A program made the translations under genes and the position numbers. Below are positions 25,701 through 39,013 of a stretch of DNA of 64,000 bases, in pieces. Below the pieces are notes generated by a model. It saw nothing but the letters and a program-made list of their open reading frames with translations. It did no database searches and was not told where the DNA came from. Every line of letters begins with the position of its first letter. Position 1 is the first letter of the stretch. The DNA is from Lingula anatina (taxonomy: Eukaryota > Animalia > Brachiopoda). Where the stretch lies: the NCBI GenBank assembly GCA_051362555.1, contig CM120640.1:41394788-41458787 (forward strand). Reading direction: 5' to 3'.

Positions 25701-28700
25701 AACTGAACTTTGCAAATTTTGCTTCCCTTTTATCTCCAAAACTGGCAGAGATAGGTCCATAGTTACTATTGAAGTTGAATAGGAAGTCATATACTGGCAA
25801 TCTACATGTGACCTTAAAATTGACCTTTGACCTACTTTTCACCATGAACTGAACTTTGCATATTTTGCTTCCCCTTTATCTCCAAAACTGACAGAGATAG
25901 GTCCATAGTTTCTATTGAACTTGAATAGGAAGTCATATACTGGCAATCTAAACGTGACCTTAAAATTGACCTTTGACCTACTTTTCACCATGAACTGAAC
26001 TTTGCAAATTTTGCTTCCCTTTTATCTCCAAAACTGGCAGAGATAGGTCCATAGTTACTATTGAAGTTGAATAGGAAGTCATATACTGGCAATCTACATG
26101 TGACCTTAAAATTGACCTTTGACCTACTTTTCACCATGAACTGAACTTTGCATATTTTGCTTCCCCTTTATCTCCAAAACTGACAGAGATAGGTTCATAG
26201 TTACTATTGAACTTGAATAGGAAGTTATATACTGGCAATCTAAGTGTGACCTTGAAATTGACCTTTGACCTACTTTTCACCATGAACTGAACTTTGCAAA
26301 TTTTGCTTCCCTTTTATCTCCAAAACTGACAGAGATAGGTCCATAGTCTCTATTGAAGTTGAATAGGAAGTCATATACTGGCAATCTACATGTGACCTTA
26401 AAATTGACCTTTGACCTACTTTTCACCATGAACTGAACTTTGCATATTTTGCTTCCCCTTTATCTCCAAAACTGACAGAGATAGGTTCATAGTTACTATT
26501 GAACTTGAATAGGAAGTTATATACTGGCAATCTAAGTGTGACCTTGAAATTGACCTTTGACCTACTTATTATCATGAACTGAACTCTGCTAATTTCTTTC
26601 TCTTTTAACTCCAAACCTGGCAGAGATAGGCCCATAGTTACTATTGAAGTTGAATAGGAAGTCTGGCAATTTACTGTGACCTTGGAATTGACCTTTGACC
26701 TACCTTATGATGAACTTAACTTTGATTGTACCATTTTTTTAGTTATATATATATTTTTTGCATATTTTGAAAATTCTCTTTGATTGCATTTTTACAGCTT
26801 GTCAAGCACAAGACTGGTGGCTGTCTTCCTTTTTTTGTGTATGTGGGGGTCTATACGAATGTGCTTGCTCCAGCTGGTGGTACAATATTCGGAGGCGGTA
26901 TCGCCTCTCTGATCCTCTAGTTACATTTTGAGACCTTCACCACTCAGACTGGATAACACTGTTAGTTAATGGATATGGCATCCTGGAAAAAAAACAGAAA
27001 AGATCTTCAGGAGGCAAATAAAAACTAGTTACCAGAAGAGCTTTTTATGAACTGAATTTTGAGGCTGCTGTTTAATCAAATAAGTGATAGCTACTGCCAA
27101 GTTGTGGTATACATGAAACAATGCAATTTAACACAATAAAATGATTTGCTTATTTATTCTTTCAGGACTGAGCTACCAAGATCTGTTCCTTCCAAACCTT
27201 TGGTCTTTCTTCTGTGATTTTGGTCCCAACTGTGGCCTGAATGCCTTCATTGAGCTGTTGACTTCATCTCCAAACAACACACACCATCCGGTGTTCCAGA
27301 TGCTGACTCTTTTCTGTGATGCTGCTAGTCATCTCATTGTGTAAGTGCTGGCTTCAATTATCAGACAGATAACTATAGAAAAATCTTTGCACCTGTTAAT
27401 TGCACTTCTAATTGTTTAGTTTATGTGCTGTTTTTTCCAATGTGTATAAATGTGACTTGTTTTATTTTTATTTTTTTTTTTTTTATTTTTTTTTTTTTGT
27501 AATACAGAAGTTCAAAATGATTCAGCATAAGTGACACCCTACAATATGTTCTCATAATACTGGTGCCTTAAATTTAAACTTTCAGAATACTTGATGATGT
27601 GGAACTGTATGAGCAGCAAAAACCTTTCAAATTAGAAAATGTAGTTGCCATGACATCATTTCTTAACCAATTCATCTTCAAGCTTGTGTGGAACAATCTT
27701 ATTGGTCAGTATAGTCAATTTCTGTAATATGCCATATTGGAGTGATTGTACTTCATTAGATTTTTGCAAATTTAAGTTTTCGTTCAAAGTTTTAAAAAGT
27801 TTAATCATTATCAAAATAAAGGTTCATTTCTCAATATTCATTTACTAGATGTTTTACATATTTTGTAAATGGATCATAAATCTATAAATGTAATTTTCTT
27901 TTACTGATTTCAGATGTGACAACTGCTGCTAGCAACCCACTATTTTCCTCTCCACACACTCTACTCATGTTACTATATGAGAGAGACTGCAGGAGACCCT
28001 TCACCCCAGATAAACACTGGCTAATTAGGTCTATATCTAAGAATAGATTGTACCCAAATAGTATTATGAGTATTCATTGAAGGGAACTTCATTTCAAATT
28101 ATTATATCGAAGGAAATAAAATGTAATTAGGATATAATTATATTATATTCTATTTTTAAATTGTAATTGGCAGTTTTTATATCATTGCATTATCTGTATT
28201 GTATGTTATATTAATAATGCATATAATATGTTTGTAACACTATAGGGACATCAAGCCAAGTACATTCCTTCAGGAACTTGACCGAGGCAGAAAAACTGCG
28301 CAGTTTTTGTTGCAGAAAACGCCACATATCATACCACATAAGGAGGTAAGAAAATCCTATATGACCAGTCACAAAAAGGGTTAGAAAATGCCATTTTACA
28401 AGTGAGAAAATACCCCATCATACCACACCATCATATTTATGTACATTTTACTTACTTGTATTTTTTAATGTTGGTTTTATTTTTCAGAGAGTTATATTAT
28501 TTAGAAAAAATGTGCAAAAAGAAAAAGAAGTGTTGGGCCTTACAGAGTCTGTGTGTGCATCCCCCACTTCTACTCTAGTCACTGTGCATAGGGCAAGGAT
28601 CATTGAGGTAAGAATGTGTTTATTTAACTTTGATATATTTTGGAAATTGGTACATATTGGTTGATGTAAAAATGACGAAGAGACTCAAAGTGATGATTTA

Positions 28701-31368
28701 TCAATAAGGTGACTTTGGTATGGAGAAAACACCCAAAAAAATCAGTCAATGGCATGAGTTGTTTGTCTTGTTAGGATGGATACAGACAGCTGTCTCTGGT
28801 GCCACCAGGTGCTTTGAAGGGAATCATCAGAGTGAGGTTCATAAATGCACAGGTCAGTTAACATGCTTCTCTATGCCTTAATAAAGATTTTCACTCAATA
28901 ATTGGTTGAATGAACATTTTAAGTCAATAGCTTTTATGTAATGATGCAAAATGTTATCAAAATGTAGTAAAGATGACATATAGTCCTGTTTACCATTCTA
29001 TGACCTGGCTGTATGCTGTCACTGTAAATATGCTTGTTTTCAGGGTTTGGACGAAGCTGGCATAGATCAAGATGGAGTGTTCAAAGAATTCCTTGAGGAG
29101 ACAATATCAAGAGTGTTTGATCCTTCACTTAATTTGTTCAAGGTAGTAGATGCAAAACTGTTTCTATTCTTCAGTGATATGAGAGACTAATCGTACTATA
29201 TGTGTGAGGAAAAAACATATTTGTTCAGTATGTTGTTGTGAAAAACTGGTATTGATCAAATGATATGCATGGTACTTGGATAAAATAGTAATGAAAAATT
29301 ACAGAATAATTCTATAATCTGAAGCAAAGCCAATAATATCTGGGATCTATTTCAGGTGACAAGTGATCAGAAGTTGTACCCTTCTCCTACTTCAGCAATA
29401 CAGGACAATCATTTGACACTGTTTGAGTTTGTGGGAAGGATGCTTGGGAAAGCTGTTTATGAGGTATGGTATTCAGTGTAGCATCATTGTTTTACTTATA
29501 CTCTAATAAGTGTATGTAAAACTTTTATGTTGAATGGCCCCAAATGGGCTCAAACAACAAAACCAAAGCCTGTGCATGATGAATGCAGTGCTGTTACTTA
29601 ATTTATTTGAAAGTTAAATGAATTGTGAGAGGCCTTCTCTCTCCAAACGGTAAATTTTGGTGTCCCTAAGGACACCTGACACATTACTATTTACATTTCC
29701 TTGGATATTAGTGAGGGACTGTCACAGTTAAAACAGTGCCACATCTCTACTTACAGGGTATTGTGGTGGATGTGCCCTTTGCACCATTTTTCCTGACTCA
29801 GATCTTGGGCAGAACCTACAGCAGTACATATAGCTTTATGGATGAGCTGCCATCTTTAGACCCAGAGCTCTATAAGAACCTCACTTATATTAAGGTATTC
29901 AAACAAGATTAATGTCTTTAAATTTGCCTGCTTCACCTGAGTTTAGATCACTTTGTGATATATTAACATTAATTTGTGTTTATTTCAAAATTCAGCTCTA
30001 ACTACATCTGTTAGTCTAAGATTAAGAGTAGTTTAATCAGATAAGATTTAATTAATAGAGACAAACTATTATTAATTTTGATAGCAAATCCTCTCAATTT
30101 CCAGCATTATGAAGGTGATGTTTGTGACATCGAATTGACATTTTCCTCTAGTGAAGACTATCTAGGCCAGCTAGTCACACATGAGCTGGTACCAGGAGGG
30201 AAAGCCATATCTGTGACAAATGAGAACAAGTAAGTATGAGAACGGTTGTCGTAACTTGGTGGGTGTAATATTGAGTTAAGTGGACAATAGTTTAATGTGA
30301 CATTATCTTGTGGCAATTAAAGCAGGAAAGTAGGATGTATTTCGTGCCATTTTTTTTCCTCAGGATCAGCTATGTCCACCACATGGCTCATTTCCGCATG
30401 CATGTCCAGATCAAGGAACAGACAGCAGCCTTTATCCGTGGCTTCAAGTCTATAGTGAACCCAGACTGGCTGCTCATGTTCTCAGCACCTGAACTGCAGA
30501 AACTTATATCTGGGGACAACACAGATATGGACATTGAAGACCTAAAGTGAGCATTTATATATTACCTGGTGTTACTCAAAATGAAAAGAGTAGTAATAAG
30601 TGTGGTGTGATATGTAGTTTTTATATTTAAAATGACCTACTGATTTAATTAGATATAGCAAAACACTGTATCTGAGTATGCAGTTAGAATGCATGCAGTG
30701 TACATAAAACATTTTAAAATGCTGTATATTTGCTGCAGAGCCCACACTCAGTACTATGGTGGTTTTCATAGTAGTCATAAGGTGGTGAACTGGCTGTGGG
30801 ACATCCTAGTGAAAGATTTCACCAGAGAAGAAAGAAGTCTGTTTCTTAAGGTGGGTTAAAATCTCAACATTTTAAACAACAGTTGGCTTCAATAACACTG
30901 GGAAAATTTTATTTCCGTATGTAAATATTTTTGTTATTTCACAGAATTTTTTTATTTGCAATCTTCTTTCTTTCAGTTTGTGACCAGTTGCTCCAAGCCC
31001 CCATTGCTAGGTTTTGCCCACCTGGAGCCCCCATTTTCAATACGATGTGTGGAAGTCAGTGATGACCAGGTAATACTATGTAAACTATAAACTGTCATCT
31101 TAACATATCACTGATTATATTTATAAATTTTTTTAAGAAAATTGGATTTATTTTAATTGTATCTTCTTTTTCCCAGGATACTGGAGACACAGTGGGCAGC
31201 GTTTTGAAAGGCTTCTTCAATATTCGCAAGAAAGATCCTGTTGGGAGACTGCCGACTTCATCCACATGTTTTAACCTTCTCAAGTTGCCAAACTATCAAA
31301 AGAAAAGTACGCTAAGGGAAAAACTGAGATATGCCATCACAAGCAATACTGGCTTTGAACTGTCGTGA
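19778..31368 (+). CDS. UBE3B: HECT E3 ubiquitin ligase UBE3B (N-terminal IQ motif, C-terminal HECT domain); about 30 coding exons
   Basis: [30 protein letters not shown]|[12 protein letters not shown] (IQ motif), [75 protein letters not shown], catalytic [17 protein letters not shown]. Ends [18 protein letters not shown] at 31366-31368. Confidence 0.95.
21598..21630. repeat. Interrupted (GT)n microsatellite
   Basis: TGTGTGTGTGTGCGCGTGCGTGTATGTGTGTGT in a UBE3B intron. Confidence 0.8.
24412..24598 (+). repeat. 64-bp tandem triplication of a UBE3B exon 3' end plus splice donor
   Basis: ATGTACCAGACAGCTCTCAGGACTCTCACA..GAGACTAGATATACTGGCAG|GTAAGTGGC starts at 24412, 24476 and 24540. Confidence 0.92.
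24598..26922 (+). mobile_element. Non-autonomous Helentron/HINE-like element, family A, copy 2 (UBE3B intron)
   Basis: 5' ATTGTACCACCAGC, (GGCTCCGCC/GGCTCCTGC)n 9-bp micro-repeat at 24665-24727, internal 146-bp array, 3' GCTGGTGGTACAA, stem-loop GAGGCG-GTAT-CGCCTC, terminus GATCCTCTAGTT. Highly similar to 12859-15181. Confidence 0.85.
25575..26720. repeat. Tandem array of 146-bp units (about 8 copies) inside family A copy 2
   Basis: GTGACCT anchor at 25662, 25808, 25954, 26100, 26246, 26392, 26538 and 26676. Confidence 0.95.
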
Positions 31369-32143
31369 CACAAGCTGGAAATTTTCCTAGGGTTGATTAT
31401 TGGATTCCTGAAGGCAGGAATAATTAACGTTTTTCAGAGCTCATTGAAGGAAGTGTTTTATAGAAAGCATGGCTTTATCAGGTCACAATATGTACATATG
31501 TATTATATAATTAAAAATAACTCACACCAAATGATTAAGTACGATTAAGATACTCTGTTCAAAACTATCATTCCTGAAGTACCTCTTCATTTGGCATTAA
31601 GCAGGCAAGGTCAACTAAGAGATGAAAAAAAACAATTTTCCTTGAAAAAAATGTTATTAAAAAGCTTGACTCAGAATAGACTAAGATTGCATTCACGAGT
31701 TGAGCCATGGCTTTACAAATCCTGGAACTAAATATGGCAGATGCACATGAAAGAAAAACCGCCTACTCTTTTAATAGTCTCTCCGCCTCTCACACGCCTC
31801 CCTATGTGTCGTCCCAATGGAGCCGAGAATTAATGACTGTACCCCCGCAAATCTAAGGGGACTCTAAAACCTTTGGTAGACCAAGTTTTCAACCCATAAA
31901 CCCTGTATCTTTTGTTCTATTTGGTATAAGTTTTTTAAAAGAAGATATTGGCTTCGTATACTATTGCCGTTCATATCCAATAACAAATCTGAAATGTCTG
32001 TTAGCTTTAAGGACTTGAATACAGATTTTAATCATTACTAGGAAGTTTTGAAACCAGAAGTCCCACTTTTTAGTTCCTGAACATTTCTTTGCAAAGATGA
32101 CAACTTTACTATGTCTAAAAGTTGTCATTACTTATGTATAGTA

Positions 32144-33580
32144 CAGGGTTCATACAGATGATTTGAAATGAAATTCAAGGACTTTTCAAGGACTTTCCAG
32201 GGTCATATATTCAAAATTCAAGGACTAATTTACACTGAAACTGTTAGTTATATATTCAATTTTCATGAAACAATACATTAAGTAAAATTGTGGTATTTCA
32301 TATTGTTAAATAACATTTTAACAAAACAATTCACATCTTGAAACATTTTATTGATACACACTATACTTTGTCAATATTTCACGTAATTCATATAGTCCGT
32401 ACCACCCTATGTATTCATTTGTTTTTTTTATATATATTTTTCATCTGAATTATTTTGTTTTCCAATTCTTTTTCTTTTTCTTTTAAAGTTTCTTTTTTTC
32501 TGAGGCAGATCTCCTGAGGCTGTTTGACTTAGAAATCATTGACAGGCTGCTGCACGTCTCAGCCTTCTGTGCATATTTGTAACTCTCCGTATGAGATCTT
32601 TATTTCACAATTAAAACATTGTGAATGACTTATGGAAACATAATATATTCTGTTTTACCACAATAATGGCAGTTATAGCTATTATTCTGATATCTAAGCT
32701 TGTCTTTAGACCACGTGACCTCCATTGATGGCTATACTCTGTTAAAATCTCTTAAGATATTTTAAACAAAAAACCAAACTTTTTAGAAAAAAACCAGGGG
32801 CTAACTTTGAATGTAAAAATGGATTCATTTATCATTGGTAAGTATGGGAAAATTGTTGTTTACTCCAGAAAAATTCATTTTTTGGCCAAACAAAGAGTTA
32901 TTATGACTTTAAGCAATTCACAAATGTCATCTTCCATGCGTTTTTTCTTTTTTTTTAAAATTTAATCAATGTCTTCCATTACAGACTTTCTTTTCTTTTT
33001 TTTTTTTTTTTTTTTTTTTTGCCGTCCTCTTCAGCTTGCTTTCTTTTTCCCCTCTAAGTAATTCTGATATCGCATATCACTCCACTTACCTACATTGCTA
33101 AGTGTAAGCATTACTTTCAGATTAAATCACTGTGATCAGCTATAAGCACAAACAAATTATTCTTGCGATATTGCATTGAATGAAAACAAACTAAACAAAA
33201 GTCGGGAATCCAAGTTAAAAAACAATTTCTTCATACTAAAGAGGTACATTTCTCCCAAGACAAGACAACATCGTTTTTCCCTGTTATGTTTTACCAAGAC
33301 AGGACAACATCGTTTTTCCCAACTTCTGGGGAAAACTGTTATATATCGACAGACTGTTATATATCGACGTTAAAAAACGACCGACTCGAATTTTGTTTTT
33401 AATAATCATAAATGATTTAAAAAGTTCGTTTTTTTTATTTTTCAAGCATAATCAAGGGTTTTCAAGGGTTTATTTTTATTTTCCAGGGTTTTGCTCCATT
33501 TTCAAGCATATTCAAGGACTTGATTTTAGAAAATAAAATTCAAGGGTTTTCAAGGGTTTTCAAGAGTTGTGCGAACCCTG
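32144..33580 (-). mobile_element. Internally deleted DNA transposon with 6-bp TSD (hAT6-like), carrying decayed transposase C-terminal remnants
   Basis: TIRs CAGGGTTCATAC / GTGCGAACCCTG. TSD ATAGTA at 32138-32143 and 33581-33586. Subterminal TTCAAGG(A/G) repeats at both ends. Broken minus-strand coding remnant MRYQNYLE..KRKSVMEDID..RMEDDICELLK / KYAQKAETCSSLSMISKSNSLRRSASEKK. Confidence 0.75.
32579..32902. mobile_element. MITE fragment nested in the hAT-like element; same family as 51584-51906, in opposite orientation
   Basis: About 310 bp align with the reverse complement of 51597-51900, e.g. TATAGCTATTATTCTGATATCT.AGCTTGTCTTTAGACCAC.TGACCTCCATTGATGGCTA. Confidence 0.8.
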
Positions 33581-33677
33581 ATAGTAGCAAAGGATAAAAA
33601 CTTGAGCCCTCCCCCCCCCCCCACTCTTACTTTCAAACATTGCATAATCAACCATTGTCATTTATCAAGAAATGTGC

Positions 33678-33778
33678 AATAAAAGTATTTGTATTGCTTC
33701 TCTGTTCATTTTAATTTTTGTGTTAAGGTTCTCTTTAAAACAGATTAACACTTCCTGATCTTCTTAGAAGAATTTATT
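33678..33778. terminator. Convergent polyadenylation signal candidates for UBE3B (+) and RSRC2 (-)
   Basis: AATAAA at 33678-33683 (+) followed by GT/T-rich sequence. AATAAA on the minus strand at 33778-33773. Confidence 0.4.
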
Positions 33779-34054
33779 CACATATAATGCAATTTCTTTG
33801 ATTTCCACTTGCAGTGGATAAGCCGAGTAATATAATGTCATTGCTCCGTAAGGTAGCATTCACCACAGTCTGTCATAAACCGAATCAAAAAGTTTCTAGT
33901 GCATAGGCATCTCAATGGATCACGATCAACTGTTCTCCAAAACCATCAGACTTGTTGCAAAAACTATTTCACGAAATCCAATACTGTCTGGATAAAAAAA
34001 AAGCTTTTATTAATGCTTTGATGATTGCTTTTGTAATATGCTAAGATAGTATCT

Positions 34055-37000
34055 TTATTTTTGTTGTTGTTGTTGTTGCTGCTGCTGCTGCATTTGCAAT
34101 AATTGTGGGTCGGGTGTCCCATGTGATAAAGCACCCAGTCCAACTCCTCTATGAGTATGTGTAGTCATCCTAGCAAATTCGTATTCTTTATCCAATCTAG
34201 AAAACAGTTCTTCCTGTTTTTTACGCATGGCTTCAGATGTAATGGCAGTTCCTGAAGTTTCTGCTGTATCTCCCTCTTTCAGTCCCATCAACTTACGGAA
34301 TTTGTTGGCCATCTTCCCATCATTATCCTGATTAAACTCTGTGCCCTGCCAGATTGCTTTGTTTTCCTGAAAGAGAGATGCAATTCATTTCAATACAACA
34401 TCGAATTATATCACCAGATAAGGCATTATTAGTTTGATTTGCCTTCCAAATAGTTTACTGGAAAAGACCTTGCTGGTACTTCTCAAAGCTATGAAGGCCA
34501 ATCCACTAATTCTATACCCGTCTCGGATTTTTCTAGTGGTCTTAAAAGAAAATTTGTCAATTTTTTGCTTGACCATCAGTCTTTTAAACTGATAAAATTT
34601 GTGGTTTGCACAGTAAATACTGAATTGTATCCAAAACATCACTGGCATACAAAACTGTGGTAGTTGAATTGTAAAACAAATTACAATTCCTGGCATCTGT
34701 TCTTATTTGCAAATAATAGGTATATATAAATAAATAAAGCTACGTGGAACAAAGCAACATGGTATTTGGTTAAATAGGGTATACGCTTGCCTGATTTTGG
34801 GAGTCAATCAGGAAAGTGCAGTATTTACATTCATCACGAGTTAATGTAGTTGTAATTTCTCTTTTTGCCCAAAATGTAGTTTCTTCTAATTGCTTACCTC
34901 TCTGTGTTCTTTTGCCTTTGACCAAAGAAGTTTCCTCTTCTGCACTTGTTCAGCATACTTCAAAGGATTCACTGCACCAATGTTGTAGTATTTGGGAACT
35001 TGAACACCAGTCAACTCTTGGGCCTGAAAAAAGGAGATATTAATATTTGAAATTTAACTTTTAAAAGATTTAAAGGATCACATTTTCCTTGATATCATGA
35101 CTGGCACCCAGGACATTGAATTTAGACAGTGCAAATCAGTTGTAAGTATAGAATTCCAAGAGGAACAGTTATATCAGCATACACACAAAATTGCAAGTTT
35201 GAATGATATATGCAATTTGTTTTAACTTTACCTTTTGATGCATGGCCATCATTGTCTGAATCAAAGCTTGCTGAGGGGTCACATTACTACCTGCAGGGAG
35301 TCCTGTTGCTGCATTTTTACCTGAATTTTCATCTGCGTTTGCTGAAAAGATTATTGAATAATTTGTAAGAGAACATGCTCAAAAAGTCCATTTTTAGTGT
35401 TCAACAAGATAAGAGGTTTTATCATGAATACCAATTCGATTCTTATATTTGAAGGGAAAACTTTAATGTACAAAAAAAGTTTGACCTAGATTAGCATTTT
35501 ACACAAAATTGTATCTATTGTTTTATGGAGTAACAACAACATGGAAACTCTTACCAGCCATAGCCTCCTGTGCTGCCTTCTTCAATTCATTTTTCAGCTG
35601 AGTTTTAAAGTCAGCTTTCTGTGGTTCACGCTGTGCTCCTGGTCCTCTCTGAATTTTACCCTCAGCTGTTCTGTCACCTCTAGTGATGCTTCGACTTCTT
35701 TTCCTCATGCGATGTTTGTTGTCCCTGTCTCTGCTCCTACTTCTATAGTCTCGGCTACCACTTCTGCGCCTACGACCTCGGTGTCTTTTATCCCTACTGT
35801 GACTCCTCCTCCTGTGCCTCCTGTGTCGACTTCCAGATCTTCTTCTCCTTCCCCGGCTTCCACTCCTTCTGCTTCTGACACGTCGCCTTCTTTTCCTGCG
35901 GTCCCTGCTTCTACTTCGACTGCGCTTTCTGTCTCTATTTCTACTTGATTTATTATCTCTACTGCCACTTCTTTTAGATCTTTCCCTGCTCCTACTTCGA
36001 CTTGAACTACGATGTTTGGATCTGTCTCTGCTTCTGCTTCTACTCAAACTTTTCTTGACATTGTCTTTTTTATCAGTTGCAAGTCCAGAGTCACCCACAT
36101 TCTCACTTTCTGTAATTTTAGTACCCTCTTCCTCAGCAGAATCTTTATTGTCCCTCTGAAAAATAAAAGAAAACACCTCATCAATACTTGTATTTTTTCT
36201 TTTTGAAATTAACAGCAACTTACTTGCAGGACTGTTTTTATTGTATCAGAAGAAAAGCTTAATATCCTTAATATCAATTTCATTAAAGTGTATCTTAAAA
36301 ATTGACAATGTATTAATGCAAAATTTCAATCTTGATTCCTACTTTACAACTTTCTTTTTGAGGGGATCTTGATCTGGACCTCGACGACACATCAGAGTCA
36401 TTCTCATCACGCTGTAAATATTAAAAGATAATTAGAGAATTTTTGCTCCTATTATCATTTAAGCATACATGTGACTTGGATTTTACATCTAATTCACTAT
36501 TTAGTAAATTCTCTATATAACTAAATTGTATACTGTAAGCAGAGTTTTTTCAGTGATAATTATCACAAATTCATTCAAATCAATGCCCGAATGCATTCAC
36601 CTATTAAATTTGTCATAAGTAGGTAGACATGAGTACTGCAATGAGGCTATTTTTTTTCTCCCCTAGGAGCAAGTAGCCTAGTCCAGAAAAGAAGGAAGAG
36701 CATGTGCATGTGCAACTCGCTTCAAAACTGGATTAATTGCCTCCATTTGTTTTTCCTATAGGCACTTGATAGCAGTGACCACTTCCATTTTCAAAGATGG
36801 TAAGTGACCTACAGGTGAAATAGTGTATTTGCATGGTGTACAACTTAATCAATTTGATTGGCACCTTCAATTCAGAAGGATGAAGAATTTCATAAATTTT
36901 ATTGCACATTGACCACAGGTATCTTAAGGATTGTGGATGCATGACTCAACAAGAGACTACCAAACAATTAACCAGTAGATCATCTACACTTACTTAATCA

Positions 37001-38720
37001 CAACTTCAGATCCAACAACTTCTAAAGCTTTTAAGTATGACATACTATAATAAAAAAAGCCATTACATTAAAGTTCTGTATGTATGTATATAAAAATCGT
37101 AATAAACTGTCAGATTCAGGTACCTTTTCTTTTGAATGGGACCTAGAACGCGAAGAGTCTGAGTGGACATCTTTGTTTGCTTTCTGTAAATAAAAACAAC
37201 TGCTGAATAGTTTTTACTCTTTTTTTTATCTGGAAATAATTATTTATCTGAAAGTAGTTATTTATTTAGTTCTTTTTACTTCAAAATTTCAGAAAAAACG
37301 TCAAGATAAACTATTAAAATACTTAAGACAGCATTATCATGATAGAAAAGTAAATCAAAAACCCTTACCTTTGGACTCCTACTTCTTCTGTTTGTTTCTA
37401 GAAATATAAATCATGATATATTTTGAACAGGATATTACCTACATGTTTTAAGCAGTACTGAAGAAAACTGATGTATGATAACAAGTACAATTTTAAAGTT
37501 TTGTATGAAAAAAATCCTTGACATCTGAGAAATTTCAAGTAGTCTTCTCAAATTCAAGAATTTTTTAGTTTATTCATGAAATATCAATTCAATAATAAAT
37601 GCACTTAGACTTTGTAAATATCATGGGTGACAAAAAATACTAATTTCAACTTGAAAATAGAGAACAAAACTACAAAGAGCAAAGTTCACACAGAATTCAC
37701 CTGTGTCACTCTCTCCAGAGGACTCTGATGACACCGATCTGGACCTAGGTTGGTAAAGACTGCTTCCTTCACCGGTACCTTGCTGCTGCTGTGGGCCATC
37801 ACTTGGGTCTTTGCCATCACCACCCAGGTCAAAGAGCTTCTCAAAAGATTCCCATTCAGATTCTAATCTAGCAGATTGCTGGGCTTGTGTCTCACTCACA
37901 TTTTCAACTTCTTCATCCTGAAAAAAAAATCTATGCATGTTAAATTCCATTCAGGCTGTTTATGAAATGACCCTCCTCATCAAACCTTTTCTGTTTTTTA
38001 AGCAACAATTGTAGAATCCTTAGTTCCAAAACAGGAATATCTTTGATACACATACATTTTACCCAAGCAAGAAATGAGGGGGCCATATAGAGTATGATTC
38101 TTTGACATAAAATTTATGAGTATGAAATAGAAAAGGGCTGCCCACCATGCAGCCCAATACTCACGCACACTGGTCTTCTTAATATCCAACAGCTCCAACC
38201 AACTTAATGGGTGTTGTCTTTGTGTCAACATTGACTTCATTGTACAGAAATAAGCAAAAATAACTAGTTACATCAAGGTTCTTCTGAATTTTTTCGAGTT
38301 TTATAAAAGATACTCTCGAATTACCAAAAAAAAAAAAGGAATTTTCTCTCGTTTAGTGTCACGTATTGAAAATGCCTCTCTGCCGTTCCACTACCAAAAT
38401 ATATGTGCCATATCATAAACACATTCCCCTAGGTTTAAATCTGAATTATAATTGGGAATTGTTTATGGGTTTGAATACTGGCAAAAGCCATAAAATGTTA
38501 AAATTGATTTTAACTCTTGTTTATAAAACATGGCGGGCAAAATAAAGACGCAATTTCGTCTTATATCTAAAGCATTTGTATAAACTATCATTATATCAGA
38601 AATCTGTTATATGCAATGGGTGTAATGCTTTCTTTACTCTACCTTTGATTCAGCCTTAGAAACAAGGGGTTCTTGAGTATTTTCGTCATCTTCACTTCCG
38701 TAGTTCGCCAAGCCATCCAT
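34055..38720 (-). CDS. RSRC2: Arginine/serine-rich coiled-coil protein 2 (RS domain plus C-terminal SMAP-like domain); about 9 coding exons
   Basis: Starts MDGLANYGSEDDE (38643-38720). Small exons at 37369-37397 and 37124-37183. Large RS-dipeptide exon at about 35555-36155. Conserved C-terminus NPLKYAEQVQKRKLLWSK..MANKFRKLMG..QEELFSRLDKEYEFARMTTHTHRGVGLG, then polyQ and TAA at 34057-34055. Confidence 0.88.
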
Positions 38721-39013
38721 TAGCTCGAATAATCTTTTCTCAATACCCGTATGTAGGTCAGAGCATTGTAAATTTGAGAACTTGTCTGAATATATCTACA
38801 TTATTTTCCCCACAGAAAAAAAACCTGCACTTGAAAGGAACAATTCAAACTAAATTCTCATTTGAATGCCAATTCTTGTTATTTGTTTTCAAAAAATGTA
38901 TCGATAAATTGACTATTGATAAGTAATTTACTACCGGAAATACCATCCATCTTTTAGTTGCAGCCGCTCACATGTGGATTAGTAAACAAGAAAGACTTCT
39001 GAAAAAGGCTAAG
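38721..39013. promoter_or_regulatory. Bidirectional promoter RSRC2/CCDC86 with the CCDC86 first exon
   Basis: Under 300 bp between the RSRC2 ATG and the donor AAG|GTAATT at 39014. DRE TATCGATA at 38899-38906, TACCGGAAAT at 38932-38941. Confidence 0.6.

Noticed and set aside
32097-32128. 11-bp perfect hairpin ATGACAACTTT/AAAGTTGTCAT beside the hAT-like insertion
   Set aside because: A single short AT-rich stem is plausible by chance and has no other support.
35541-36206. Extra ORFs overlapping the RSRC2 RS exon (35541-35948 +, 35705-35968 -, 36012-36206 +)
   Set aside because: Shadow frames of low-complexity RS-coding sequence, with no independent homology or splice support.
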